Shown: positions 48,722 to 58,903, counted from the first letter of the whole stretch. The stretch is 61,988 nt of DNA, filler included, from Chthonomonadaceae bacterium (GCA_035650735.1; 4 parts of 4 records of this genome joined end to end with filler, not necessarily neighbours in it), one strand, 5' to 3'. Notes: generated by a model not told the origin, from the letters alone. Program-made: numbers and translations.

Positions 48722-50029
48722 TTAACCGCGTCTCAATACGTTACGCAAGACTTCATCCACCAAGATGGTCTGCTCCCGCGCCGGGCCGACCGAGACCGTC
48801 GCCACCGGCACGCCGGCCAACTCCTGCACGCGCTCGATATAGCGGCGGGCGTTGCCCGGAAGCGCCGCATAGGTGCGCGCCTCGGCAACGTTCTCCGACC
48901 AGCCCGGCAACTCCTCATAAATGGGCTCGCAGTCCGGGCGGAACGATAGGTCGGACGGCAGGTCATGGAGGGTCTGGCCGTCGGCGGTCTTGTAGGCCAC
49001 GCCGATCTTGACCGTATCCAGGCCGCTCAACACGTCCAGATGCCCCAGCGACAGGCAGCTCAGGCCGTTGACCTGAAGGGCGTAGCGCAGGATAACCGTA
49101 TCCAGCCAGCCGCAGCGGCGGGGCCGCCCCGTCGTCGTGCCATATTCATGGCCGCGCTCACGGATGTAATCGCCGGTGCCATTGAGCAGCTCCGTGGGGA
49201 AGACGCCCGCCCCCACACGCGTCGTGTAGGCTTTCGCCACGCCGATCACGCCGTCAATCAGCGTCGGCCCGACTCCGGTCCCTACGCAGGCGCCGCCCGC
49301 GATCGGATGCGAAGAGGTCACAAAAGGATAGGTGCCCAGGTCAATGTCGAGGAGCGTGCCCTGCGCGCCCTCAAACAGCACGCCCCTGCCGTTGCGAGCC
49401 GCCTTATAGACCAGCGGCGCCGTATCCTGCACAAAGGGCCGCAGCGCCGCCGCATAGGCACTGTACTCGGCCAGAATGGCCTCGGCATCCAGCGGCTCCG
49501 CGCCATACATGCAGGCCAGCAGCCTGTTCTTATCGGCCAGCACCGCCCGCAGGCGCACCGCAAACCGCTCCGAATCCACCAACTCACCCATGCGGATGCC
49601 GATGCGCGCCGCCTTATCCGCGTAGGCCGGGCCAATGCCCCGCCCCGTGGTGCCGATTTTATTCTGGCCGCGCTGCGCCTCCTCCAGTTCGTCCAGCCGC
49701 TTGTGATACGGCAGGATGACGTGGGCGGCGGCGGAGATTTTGAGGTTTTCGACCGAGACGCCCCGCGCCTTCAGCCCCTCGATCTCTTTGACTAGCACGC
49801 CGGGGTCGATGACCACGCCGTCGGCAATCACGCACACGGTCTGCGGGTTGAGGATGCCCGCCGGAACCAGGTGAAACTTGTACTCCTCCCTGCCCACGAT
49901 GACGGAGTGGCCGGCGTTGTTGCCGCCTCCATATCGCACGACCATATCGGCGTCTTGCGCCAGATAGTCCACGATCTTGCCCTTGGCCTCGTCGCCCCAC
50001 TGCGCGCCCACCACTACAAGGTTTGCCAT
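48722..50029 (-). CDS. purA: Adenylosuccinate synthetase
   Basis: GAQWGDEAKGK, GGNNAGH, IGTTGRGIGPAY, EGAQG, GTTTGRPRRCGW. Confidence 0.97.
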   Translation of the reverse strand: MANLVVVGAQWGDEAKGKIVDYLAQDADMVVRYGGGNNAGHSVIVGREEYKFHLVPAGILNPQTVCVIADGVVIDPGVLVKEIEGLKARGVSVENLKISAAAHVILPYHKRLDELEEAQRGQNKIGTTGRGIGPAYADKAARIGIRMGELVDSERFAVRLRAVLADKNRLLACMYGAEPLDAEAILAEYSAYAAALRPFVQDTAPLVYKAARNGRGVLFEGAQGTLLDIDLGTYPFVTSSHPIAGGACVGTGVGPTLIDGVIGVAKAYTTRVGAGVFPTELLNGTGDYIRERGHEYGTTTGRPRRCGWLDTVILRYALQVNGLSCLSLGHLDVLSGLDTVKIGVAYKTADGQTLHDLPSDLSFRPDCEPIYEELPGWSENVAEARTYAALPGNARRYIERVQELAGVPVATVSVGPAREQTILVDEVLRNVLRRG

Positions 50030-50293
50030 AACCATCGCCCTCCCTGCGACGGCGCCTCTTCCCTGAGAGCATCCCATCGGCTGCAAGCCCTACGGCTGCC
50101 TGGCATAACCTAAGCAGCCCTGCCTGCACGACCACAAGCCACTCCCTCTTGCCGCGCCGTCGGGGTCCGTTCCTCCCTTTTCCCTCCGCCAGGTGAAATG
50201 TGAGAGGGGATCCGGAGGCGAATGTGGTTCCCCCAAACAACGAAATGGATAGCGCTGGCTATCCATTCGGGGGCCTGGCTCTACACTTTGTTA

Positions 50294-50322
50294 ATTATAG
50301 GCCTAACCGGGCGATTTGTCAA
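50294..50322 (-). promoter_or_regulatory. Consensus sigma70 promoter upstream of purA leader
   Basis: TTGACA-N17-TATAAT on minus strand. Confidence 0.8.
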
Positions 50323-51505
50323 GACGCGCAGCCATTTTTCGCGCGTTGGGCGGCGGAAGCGCGATTTTGCCCAGGATCGCCGGGCCGCGCGCGCCCGTGG
50401 CGGAAGGCACGTTGGCGGGATACCCCCGCAGCGTCGCGTAGGCCAGCAGCGCAAAGGCGACCGCCTCTTTCGCGTCGTCCGGCAGGCCCAGCGCCGCATG
50501 CGTAGTAAGCGATGCCGGGGCCAGCCGCTTCGTCAGCATCCGCACCAGCGCGCCGTTATGCACCCCGCCGCCGCCCAGGACGACCGTCTGGATGGGCGCG
50601 CGTGGCAGCAGCCAATCCCAATAGGCGCGGGCAATCGTCTCGGCGGTCAGGGCGGTTGCCGTCGCCAGCATGTCCTCCGCCGAACAGCGGCGGCGCTGCG
50701 CCGCCCGGTAAAACTGTTCCGCAAACGCCTCGCCAAACATCTCCCGGCCCGTGGATTTGGGCGGCGGCGCGGCGAAGTAGGGATGCGCCAGGAACTGCGC
50801 CAGCAGCGGCGCGCAGACAGTGCCACTCACCGCCAGCCGGCCATCCACGTCGTAGGCCAGCGCGCCGTGCGTCACCCGACGCGCTAAGGCGTCCAGCACC
50901 ATATTGCCCGGCCCGGTATCGAAAGCCAGCGCATCGGAGAGCGCGCCGCCAGCAGGCAGAAAGGTCACGTTGGCGATGCCGCCCAGGTTCTGGACGGCGC
51001 GCGTCTCCTGCGCGCTTGCGAACAGGGCGTAATCGGCAAACGGCACCAGCGGCGCGCCCTGCCCGCCAAGCGCTATGTCCGCCGCGCGAAAGTCCGCCAC
51101 GACCGGGCAGCCGGTGCGCGCCGCAATGACGCTCGGCTCCCCGAGTTGGAAGGTCGCGGTCGTCCCCACCCCGGCCACCTCCAGCGGCGTCGGCTGGTGC
51201 CAGACCGTCTGGCCGTGCGAAGCGATGGCGTCTATCTGCTCCAGCGGGACGCCGGCGGCCTCTGCCGCCTGCCACGCGGCCTCCGCGAACGCCTCGCCCA
51301 GTCGGTAGTGGAGCGCCGTGATAAATTGCAGCGGCGCATCGGGACGGCAGGCGTCGAGGATGGCCTGCCGTAGCCGCGCCTCCCATGGCACGCAGACGAA
51401 CGACCGCAGCTTCCAGCGCGGACGGTCGGCGCGGCTCGTGATCTCTACCAGCGCCGCATCGATCCCATCCGCCGACGTGCCCGACATCAAGCCGATAATC
51501 CGCAT
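50303..51505 (-). CDS. anmK: Anhydro-N-acetylmuramic acid kinase
   Basis: IGLMSGTSADGID, SHGQT, DFR..D.ALGGQGAPLVP, NLGGIAN, FDTGPGN, PPKSTGRE. Confidence 0.96.
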   Translation of the reverse strand: MRIIGLMSGTSADGIDAALVEITSRADRPRWKLRSFVCVPWEARLRQAILDACRPDAPLQFITALHYRLGEAFAEAAWQAAEAAGVPLEQIDAIASHGQTVWHQPTPLEVAGVGTTATFQLGEPSVIAARTGCPVVADFRAADIALGGQGAPLVPFADYALFASAQETRAVQNLGGIANVTFLPAGGALSDALAFDTGPGNMVLDALARRVTHGALAYDVDGRLAVSGTVCAPLLAQFLAHPYFAAPPPKSTGREMFGEAFAEQFYRAAQRRRCSAEDMLATATALTAETIARAYWDWLLPRAPIQTVVLGGGGVHNGALVRMLTKRLAPASLTTHAALGLPDDAKEAVAFALLAYATLRGYPANVPSATGARGPAILGKIALPPPNARKMAARLDKSPG

Positions 51506-51578
51506 GCAGGGCCTCACTTCTCAAAAAGAGAACGCTTTCCAGCCGCCAGCGCGCAGCTAGCATCGCAGAAGTGGATGC

Positions 51579-51950
51579 TCACTCCTCAAAAAAGTGAAAC
51601 TCTTCCCAGTAAACTTTGCCGGATTGCACCAGCTTCTTTAATTTCTTCTGCAGCGCGGAAAGCTCTGCACGGTGGGATTTGAACTCAACAAAGACGATGC
51701 GATCTTCCTCGAACTGCACGCCGTCCACGGGCGTGCCCAGAAACCGAAAGTTGGCCGAGTCGTAGGGATAGCCCTTCATCAGGGGGAACCACTGCTCGGT
51801 GATGCGCCCGTAGGAGGCGGACAGGCTGCGCTGGCGGACGCGCTCGTCGGCCAGAAGGCGCAGGGCGACCTCCAGCCGCCGCCGCAGGTAAGCCACATAG
51901 ACCCAGGAGCCGCCGGAAAGCAGCAGCAAAAGAAGCAAAAGCGATTTCAT
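51579..51950 (-). CDS. Holliday junction resolvase-like endonuclease with N-terminal TM
   Basis: G.ITEQW.P, RFLGTPVD, FVEFKS, LS..Q. Confidence 0.8.
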   Translation of the reverse strand: MKSLLLLLLLLSGGSWVYVAYLRRRLEVALRLLADERVRQRSLSASYGRITEQWFPLMKGYPYDSANFRFLGTPVDGVQFEEDRIVFVEFKSHRAELSALQKKLKKLVQSGKVYWEEFHFFEE

Positions 51951-52079
51951 GCAGGAGATTTCCTTCCCATGTTTATGTAAGAGAGCAGACGAATTGGTTG
52001 CTTTGGCTGGATTTTATGGTTATAATATAAATTGAACGGATGCTGAAGCATCCAATTCAATTGCTGGCGAGGTGAGAAA

Positions 52080-52370
52080 GTGCCCACCTACGGATATAAG
52101 TGTACGCAATGTGAGTATCAATTTCAAGTTTTCCAGAGCATGAAAGACGATCCGGTTGCCACCTGCCCGGAGTGCCAGGGAGCGGTCACGCGCCTGCTCT
52201 ACCCGGTCGGCATCGTCTTTAAGGGTTCCGGCTGGTATATTACCGATTCGCGCAAACCGGAAAAGGCCGACGCGGCGGAGGGCAACGGCGCCAAGACCTC
52301 CGGCGAAGCGACGGGCGGCCAGACCACAAGCGAGACGAGCAAGAAAGAGACGGCGCCCAGCGCGTCCTGA
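52080..52370 (+). CDS. FmdB family zinc ribbon protein
   Basis: MPTYGYKC..C, CPEC, FKGSGWYITD. Confidence 0.92.
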   Translation: MPTYGYKCTQCEYQFQVFQSMKDDPVATCPECQGAVTRLLYPVGIVFKGSGWYITDSRKPEKADAAEGNGAKTSGEATGGQTTSETSKKETAPSAS

Positions 52371-52389
52371 GCCCTGGAGCACAATCAAG

Positions 52390-52430
52390 CCGCCCGGCCT
52401 CTGGAGAGGAGAGGACCGGGCGGCTTTTTG
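52390..52430 (+). terminator. Rho-independent terminator between convergent genes
   Basis: GCCGCCCGG..CCGGGCGGC followed by TTTTT. Confidence 0.65.
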
Positions 52431-52473
52431 TTGCCTTCCTGTATGCGTTACGGTTTGTGCAAGTTTGACGCTG

Positions 52474-53576
52474 TTACTTGCGCTCGATGAGCATGCGGCC
52501 GGTCTGCGGGTCGTACTGAACGTTGACATCCAGCGCGTCCCGGATGAACGAGAGCGGCACGATGGTGCGCCCGCGGTCAATGTAGGGCCGGGCCTCCATC
52601 TGCACGGTCTGGTTGTTGACTTTGGCTTTGGCGTTGCCGATCTTGATCTCGATCTCGCGCGTATCGTTGACGGCGCGCACCAGCTTGGCCTTGCTAAACC
52701 ACGATACCTTCCCGCCCGTGTGCTCGAAGATCTGGCGGAACGGGGCCAGCGGCAGGCCGTGCTCGACGCGCGGAGGCACGTCGAAGGCGATGCGCGTGTC
52801 GTCGAAGGCGACCTCAAAGGTGCCGCCGGGAATGTTGAGCAGGGAGCCGATGCCGATCTGCGCCTTGGGGCTCCTGGGCGTCACAGCGACGGCCTTGCGT
52901 GGAGCGGTGGGCGCCGCGGCAACCGCCGGACGCAGCCCTGTAGAGGGCCGGACCGCAATGTTGCCCGCGCGCAGCGGACGCACGCTCTGGTGGGCCAGGC
53001 TGGCGCCCGGCGCGGCCACATGCAGCCCCGCCAGGTCGTCCGGGCCGGCCAACAGCGCCTTCAGGGCGGGCTTGATCGAGCGCACGGTGAGCGAGAAGGG
53101 CTGCGCCGATACGGGAGTATGCGACGGCCCGGTATTCGGCGCCATCACCGGCCTATCGCGGTGGATGTTGGCGATATGGGGCAGGGAGCGCGTGGAATAG
53201 GTGCCGCGCGGCTGCCCGGCGTGCCGCGTGTTGAGGTCGCCCAGCGGATCGCGCGCGCCTAGCGACAGCCCCGCGCCGTTACCCTTCACCTCCAACAGGG
53301 CGTTGGGAAGCCCGGTCGCGGCGGGCGGGCGCGCCGTCGGCAGCGCCACCGTCGGCGGATGGACAGCCTTCTTGCCCGGCCTGCTCAAATCCGGCGTGTC
53401 ATTCTGGCGGTGCGTGAAGCCGCCGGGATTGTTGACCCGGATCTGGAGGCTGTGCGCCTTGACCTTGGCCAGCGTATCGCCGTCATAGGCTTCCACGCCG
53501 AGGGTGTGGATGCCGTTGGGAACGCGGGTGCTGTCCCAGTTGTAGGTGTAGGGCGGGAAGTTGATGAGCGCGAGGA
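52474..53576 (-). CDS. Protein with C-terminal copper amine oxidase N-terminal-like (stalk) domain; 5' cut by gap
   Basis: FDVPP..G..APFRQIFE, GRTIVPLSFIRDAL; Ig-like PYTYNWD segment near gap. Confidence 0.8.
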
Positions 53577-53676
53577 NNNNNNNNNNNNNNNNNNNNNNNN
53601 NNNNNNNNNNNNNNNNNNNNTTAATTAATTAANNNNNNNNNNNNNNNNNNNNNNNNNNNNNNNNNNNNNNNNNNNN
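53577..53676. other. Artificial contig-join spacer
   Basis: 100 nt of N with TTAATTAATTAA. Confidence 0.98.
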
Positions 53677-54277
53677 TCAACATGGGACGATAAGCCAGCC
53701 CTGGCTGGAGGAACAGTTTCACCTGCTGCTGCAGCGGCTGCTCCAGGCCCACCGCAATATCTACCGGGAGGTGGAGCGCTTACCGGCGATACGCCAGGCG
53801 ACACGCCTGGAGCTCTATCGTCGGCTGCACCGGGCGAAAGATTACCTGGATGCCAGTTGGGAGACTCCGGTCACGCTTGCTGAAGTCGCCAACGTCGCCT
53901 CGCTCTCTCCGCATCACTTTCTCAGGCAATTTCGCGCCTTGTTCCACGAGACCCCGCATCAATATCACCGGCGCAAGCGTTTAGGGAGAGCCCGGCATCT
54001 TCTTGTCACGACGGAACAACCGGTAACGGAGATCTGCTTCAGCCTCGGCTTTGAAAGCCTGGGATCGTTTAGCTGGCTGTTCCACCAGTACTTTGGCCTC
54101 TCTCCCCGGCAGTATCGAGCGGAACATGCGCGCCATGCGCGCATCCTGAAGCTGGCGGTTGAGGAGCCTATCGGCGCTTCCGAAGCGAACGCCGCTCCTC
54201 ATGCGGACGCCAGCGCCGACTCTGGCGCGCGTGGCGATTCTAATTGCTATGAAGATGTAGGAAAGATCGGGGCCTGA
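53677..54277 (+). CDS. AraC family transcriptional regulator, 5' cut by gap
   Basis: LSPHHFLRQF..TPHQY, VTEICFSLGFESLGSFS..F. Confidence 0.9.
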
Positions 54278-54761
54278 TGGCTGCCCAGCTAAAGCGCGAG
54301 GGGTTCCCGTGATGTATTGGATAAAGCGGCGCAATGGGAAACCAGCCTCCTGCCATAGGGCATGGAGGCTTTTCCTTTGCTCCAAGAATTCCCTGCCTGC
54401 TGACAAGCCTGTAGGAGGTGCGTCGGCAGCGCCGGAATGCGGAGGTCGAAGAAAAAAATGGGGCCGTTCCTACGGCCCCAAGGGAGGGTATTAGTATTCA
54501 CGTTCTCTTTCAGGAACGTACCTCAAACGCCTCTATTGTACTGGATTGTCTGGCAGGAGGCTTCTCTAAAGTTGCTAACTTAATTGGAATAAGAGACCTC
54601 TTGCCTGCGTGGGCTCGATTACATTGGATCGAGATAGAATTCGGATTGTCCAGGAGGAGGGAGGCAAGAGGTCTAATAAGAGATAGCCGGAAGATGTCGA
54701 ACAGCGCACCTATCGTGCCGTAATAGAGAGAAACAACGAGGCAGCGGGGGAGGGAACGGGT

Positions 54762-55682
54762 ATGGATATTGCGCGCGCCCTATTGGATCAGGTCAGCGAG
54801 GAAAATCTGCGGCGGAATCTGTTTTGCCTAGCCAAAGATCCGTTTCCCTACCGTAAGCTCAACTATACCCTGCCGGGCCATCAATGGAGCACGCTGCACG
54901 AAGTGGATGCCTGGCTCACAGCGCAACTGCACAGCTACGGCTACGCGGTGGAGCGCGAGGGCTGCGCGGTACAGGCATTCGGATATGACCCGGCCAAGCC
55001 GCTGCACCATCGCTACGCCCCGCCGCCGCCCGGTGCGCCCGTCCATATCGCCTACAACCTCTACGCCCAGAAGGTCGGACGCCGTTATCCTGAGGAGATC
55101 ATCCTGCTGCTGGCACACAAGGATTCGCAAAGTTGGGTGGACTCGCCGGGTGCCTATGATAACGGCGTCGGGACGGTCGCCGTGCTGGAGCTGGCGCGCG
55201 TGCTGGCCGAGTACTCAAGCGAGCGCACCATCCGGTTCCTATTCTGCAACGAGGAGCATACGCCCTGGACGAGCGTGACGGCGGCGGAGAATGCCCGCAG
55301 GCGCGGCGATAACCTGATCGCCGTGTTCAATCTGGACAGCCTGGGCGGCAAGTCTGACGAGGAGATCGCCGCCGGGCGCAAGACCAACGTGACGCTCTAT
55401 ACCGTTCCGGAAGGCAGGCGGCTGGCCGACCTGATGACGGAGGTCAATGCAGCCTACCAGATCGGCCTCGACCAGAGCGCGCAGCAGCGCGAGGCGCCCG
55501 GCGACGATGACGGCTCCTTCGTGAAAGCCGGTTATGGCTGTACGGTGATGAATATCGGCTCGTATCCCTATGCGGATGCCCAATATCACCTGGAAGGCGA
55601 CGTTCCGGAGCGCGTGGACATTGTCAACGTCCGCATGGCCGCGCAGGCCACCCTGGCCGCCGTGCTGACGCTGGACCGGTGA
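54762..55682 (+). CDS. M28 family metallopeptidase
   Basis: AHKDS, PGAYDNGVG, NEE, NLD, YH. Confidence 0.88.
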   Translation: MDIARALLDQVSEENLRRNLFCLAKDPFPYRKLNYTLPGHQWSTLHEVDAWLTAQLHSYGYAVEREGCAVQAFGYDPAKPLHHRYAPPPPGAPVHIAYNLYAQKVGRRYPEEIILLLAHKDSQSWVDSPGAYDNGVGTVAVLELARVLAEYSSERTIRFLFCNEEHTPWTSVTAAENARRRGDNLIAVFNLDSLGGKSDEEIAAGRKTNVTLYTVPEGRRLADLMTEVNAAYQIGLDQSAQQREAPGDDDGSFVKAGYGCTVMNIGSYPYADAQYHLEGDVPERVDIVNVRMAAQATLAAVLTLDR

Positions 55683-55815
55683 CGAGAAGAAGAGGCGACA
55701 GAGTTCTCTGCTACAAGTTGCCGGCAGGCTGAACCCTGCCGCTGTGGGGCCTGCGGCCAGGTGCCCGCCTACGCGGGGACAACCTTTCGATGGGCTCTTT
55801 AGTGTCCCCGCTGGG

Positions 55816-55918
55816 GTCGCAAGGCGGAGGCGCGAACCATGGCAGGCGCGACCCTGGCAGTCCATTGTAGGCCCGCCCCTAGCAGTGGCGCGAACCGTTG
55901 AGCGCCGACCCTAGCAGT
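55816..55918 (+). repeat. Modular L-hairpin-R repeat stack (copy C)
   Basis: One GTCGCAAGGCGGAG and three GACCCTDGCAGT-like modules. Confidence 0.75.
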
Positions 55919-55975
55919 CACTGGGCGGAACGCCACCCAGCGAAGGGCTTTAGCCCGTCGTCACGAGTAGCGGCC

Positions 55976-56755
55976 TCAAATTTGAGAAAAGCCGCCGTCC
56001 AGCGTATAGCCCTGCGCGGTGATCGCGCTGGCCGCATCGGAGCAGAGAAACAGGGCCAGCCAGCCCACTTCCTGCGGCGTCAGCAGGCGTTTGAGAGGGA
56101 TCGGGCGCAGGATGACCTGCGGCAGAACCTCCTCAACCGGCAGGTTATGGAGCTTAGCCAGGTCGGGTAACTGCTTCTGCACCAGCGGAGTATCCACAAA
56201 GCCGGGACAGATGGCGTTGCAGGTGATGCCGTAGGGCGCGGTCTCCAGAGCTATCACGCGCGTCAGGCCCAGCAGGCCGTGCTTGGCGGCGACGTACCCC
56301 GACTTGTGCGGCGAAGCGATCTTGGCGTGGACGGAGGCGATGTTGATAATGCGGCCAAACCGCCGCGCTTTCATGCCCGGCGTCACCGCCTGGCAGAGCA
56401 GGAAAGGCGCGACCAGCATCACCTCCAGCATACGCCGGAAAACCTCCGGCGGAAAACTCTCCAGCGCGGCGACGTGCTGAAATCCGGCGTTGTTGACCAG
56501 GATGTCTACCGGCTCGCCCTGCACCCTCTGCAAGAACGCCACTGCGGTGATGTCGCCGGGAAACGGCTCTCCGTCCAGTTCCTGAGCGGCCTGCCCGGTG
56601 CGCTCAGGGTCGAGATCGTTCACCAGCAGGCGCGCCCCCGACTGCCGGAGCACTCTGGCAATGCCGTAGCCGATGCCGGAAGCCGCTCCCGTTACCAGGG
56701 CTGTTCTCCCGCTCAAATCCACGCGCAGGTTCACGCCATGAGCCGCCTCTGCCAT
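55976..56755 (-). CDS. 3-hydroxybutyrate dehydrogenase (SDR)
   Basis: TGAASGIG, NNAGFQHVA, SVH, YVAAKHG, CPGFVDTPLV. Confidence 0.88.
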   Translation of the reverse strand: MAEAAHGVNLRVDLSGRTALVTGAASGIGYGIARVLRQSGARLLVNDLDPERTGQAAQELDGEPFPGDITAVAFLQRVQGEPVDILVNNAGFQHVAALESFPPEVFRRMLEVMLVAPFLLCQAVTPGMKARRFGRIINIASVHAKIASPHKSGYVAAKHGLLGLTRVIALETAPYGITCNAICPGFVDTPLVQKQLPDLAKLHNLPVEEVLPQVILRPIPLKRLLTPQEVGWLALFLCSDAASAITAQGYTLDGGFSQI

Positions 56756-56843
56756 CTCCTTGCCTCCTTCCTCACCCATCGCCAAGAGAGCCTACCGTCC
56801 TGCCGGCGCCCACCGGCAGGACGATCCCAATCAGCCTGTCACT

Positions 56844-57650
56844 CTATGCCTGTTCGGCCTGGACGGGATTGGTCAGCACGCCGATCTTCTCGATCTCGAT
56901 GGTGACGGTGTCGCCAGGACGCAGCCAGCGCGGCGGCTTCTGCGCCATGCCGACCCCGTGCGGCGTGCCGGTGAGGATGACGGTGCCGGGCAGCAGCGTC
57001 GTGCTGCCGCTGAGGAAAGCGATGAGCGCGGGCACATCAAAGATCATGTCGTTGGTGTTCCAGTCCTGCATCACCTGTCCGCTGACGATGGCCCGGATCT
57101 GGAGCGTGTTTGGGTTGGGTATCTCGTCGGTGGTGACGAGGCAGGGGCCGATAGGCGCGAAGGTGTCGAAGGTCTTGCCCCGGCACCACTGCGAGCCGCC
57201 CCATTTGATTTGCCAATCCCGCGCGCTGACGTCATTGGCGCAGGTGTAGCCCAGCACGTAGTCGAGCGCGTTCTCCCGCGTCGCGTTCTTGCAGGTCTTG
57301 CCGATGACGACCGCCAGCTCGGCCTCGTAGTCCACCTCGTCGCTGCGGTGCGCCATCGGTAGCAGGATGGGATCGCCGGGGTTCTGTGTGGCGTTCGGCG
57401 CTTTCATGAAGAGGATAGGGTACTCCGGGATTTTCGAGCCGCCCTCCTCGGCGTGCCGGCGGTAGTTGAGGCCGATGCACAGGAGCGCGGTGGGAGCGAC
57501 GGGAGCCAGCAGCTTGCGCACGTCTGCCGCTTCGTCCGTGACCCGGTACTGGCCGAAGAGGTCTCCCTCCATGCGCCGGGCCGTCCCATCTGCCTGCTGT
57601 GCGCCCAGGTGCGCGCGTCCCTGGCTGTCCTGATAGCGTATGATTTTCAA
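56844..57650 (-). CDS. Fumarylacetoacetate hydrolase family protein
   Basis: CIGLNY, DYEAEL, NDVSARDWQ, GKTFDTF, TGTP. Confidence 0.93.
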   Translation of the reverse strand: MKIIRYQDSQGRAHLGAQQADGTARRMEGDLFGQYRVTDEAADVRKLLAPVAPTALLCIGLNYRRHAEEGGSKIPEYPILFMKAPNATQNPGDPILLPMAHRSDEVDYEAELAVVIGKTCKNATRENALDYVLGYTCANDVSARDWQIKWGGSQWCRGKTFDTFAPIGPCLVTTDEIPNPNTLQIRAIVSGQVMQDWNTNDMIFDVPALIAFLSGSTTLLPGTVILTGTPHGVGMAQKPPRWLRPGDTVTIEIEKIGVLTNPVQAEQA

Positions 57651-57951
57651 CGTTGTGTCCTCCGGTAGTGATGTGCTGTCGTTGGAGCATGGACGCGGTA
57701 TCGTTCGCTATGACCGGCAGGCGACTCCTGCCCGATTTTAGTGGCGGAAGGGATGAAAAGGTCGGGCGGATTACCTTTTGATGCTCCTCTTGATGCTCCT
57801 CAACCTATCGGGCAAAAGAAAGGTTACCCAACAGCCACACAAGCAGGAACACTGCGGGGGGAGGGGGAATCTACTCCATACAACATTACGCTGGATAAGC
57901 GCAGCGGGCAACGTGTAGGAGGAGAGGACAGCCTCCGGAGGTACGAGGAGA

Positions 57952-58239
57952 ATGAAGCTATGGAAACTCTATCTGAGAGGCAACGGGAAGCGCATCCACG
58001 AGCCGCCGCTTGCCATTGCCGCGTCTGCTGAGGAAGCCCTGTTAGGTGCTCGCCCGCCCGAAGCCGAGTACTCCTACGAGGCTGAGGAGTGGCAAGAAAT
58101 CTCCGAGTACGAGCGGGTTATCCTGGAAGAGCAAGAACGCGCTGAGAATATCAAGGACGCGCAAATCCGGCAGTTTTACGAGGAGAACGTTCACGGCCTT
58201 CGCCCCACCTTAGCCCACATCAAGCGCGGAGATAAGTGA
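57952..58239 (+). CDS. Hypothetical protein
   Basis: 95-aa ORF with GAGGAG RBS. Confidence 0.5.
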   Translation: MKLWKLYLRGNGKRIHEPPLAIAASAEEALLGARPPEAEYSYEAEEWQEISEYERVILEEQERAENIKDAQIRQFYEENVHGLRPTLAHIKRGDK

Positions 58240-58251
58240 AACGGAGGCAAA

Positions 58252-58716
58252 ATGGAGGACACATCAGGAAAGAAGCCCGACCTGCATTTCACTCCGCAGC
58301 AGATAGACGCGACGGAGGCGGCTCGCCAAGCCGCTGAACAAAGCCGCCAGCAAGCCGAGCAGGAGCGCAGCTTTGCCGAAGAGCTTAGGCATGGCGGAGA
58401 AGGCTTCCGGCAGCAGATGGAAGCGGAGCGATAGCAGCAGGAAAGCAATCGCAAAGAGCAAGAGTTAGACCGTATCCGTGAGGAGAACCAGTGGGCTTTC
58501 GCGGAGGTGGAGCGCGAGGCCCACGAAGACCAACGCCAATTAGCCGAAGTGCAGCGCCAAGCCGCCGAAGCCCTCCGTGCGGCAGCAGAAGAAGCACGGG
58601 CAGGGGCAGAGACCCTGCGGCAAGCCGCCGAGGGAGTGCGCGCTATAGGCGAGGAAATGCGGCAGGCATTCCAAGAACTGTTAGAACAACTGCAAAAGCA
58701 GCGTCAAGCCAAGTAA
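58252..58716 (+). pseudogene. Q/E/A/R-rich coiled-coil protein with in-frame TAG at 58432-58434
   Basis: ORFs 58252-58434 and 58507-58716 are in one frame separated by a single TAG. Confidence 0.6.
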
Positions 58717-58867
58717 TTTCCCTATCCAACAAACCTTCGGATACTGTTGATTGGCCTGTTGTCGGCCACGTTCTTGATATAAACCCGGCCTATGTGGTGC
58801 GCGGCCCCTGGTATGAGGACTCAATGGCCCTGGAATCTGAGGGGCAAACCTGCCGATAACAGATGTG

Positions 58868-58903
58868 TGCGCTCGGAGAGACTTGAACTCCCGGCCTACA
58901 GGT
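58868..58903 (-). repeat. Inverted exact copy of tRNA-Arg(GCG) 3' 36 nt (att-like)
   Basis: Reverse complement identical to 59107-59142. Confidence 0.92.

Noticed and set aside
31706..53676. TTAATTAATTAA within three N runs as a biological repeat
   Set aside because: Identical 100-nt spacer with stops in all six frames; a contig-concatenation linker
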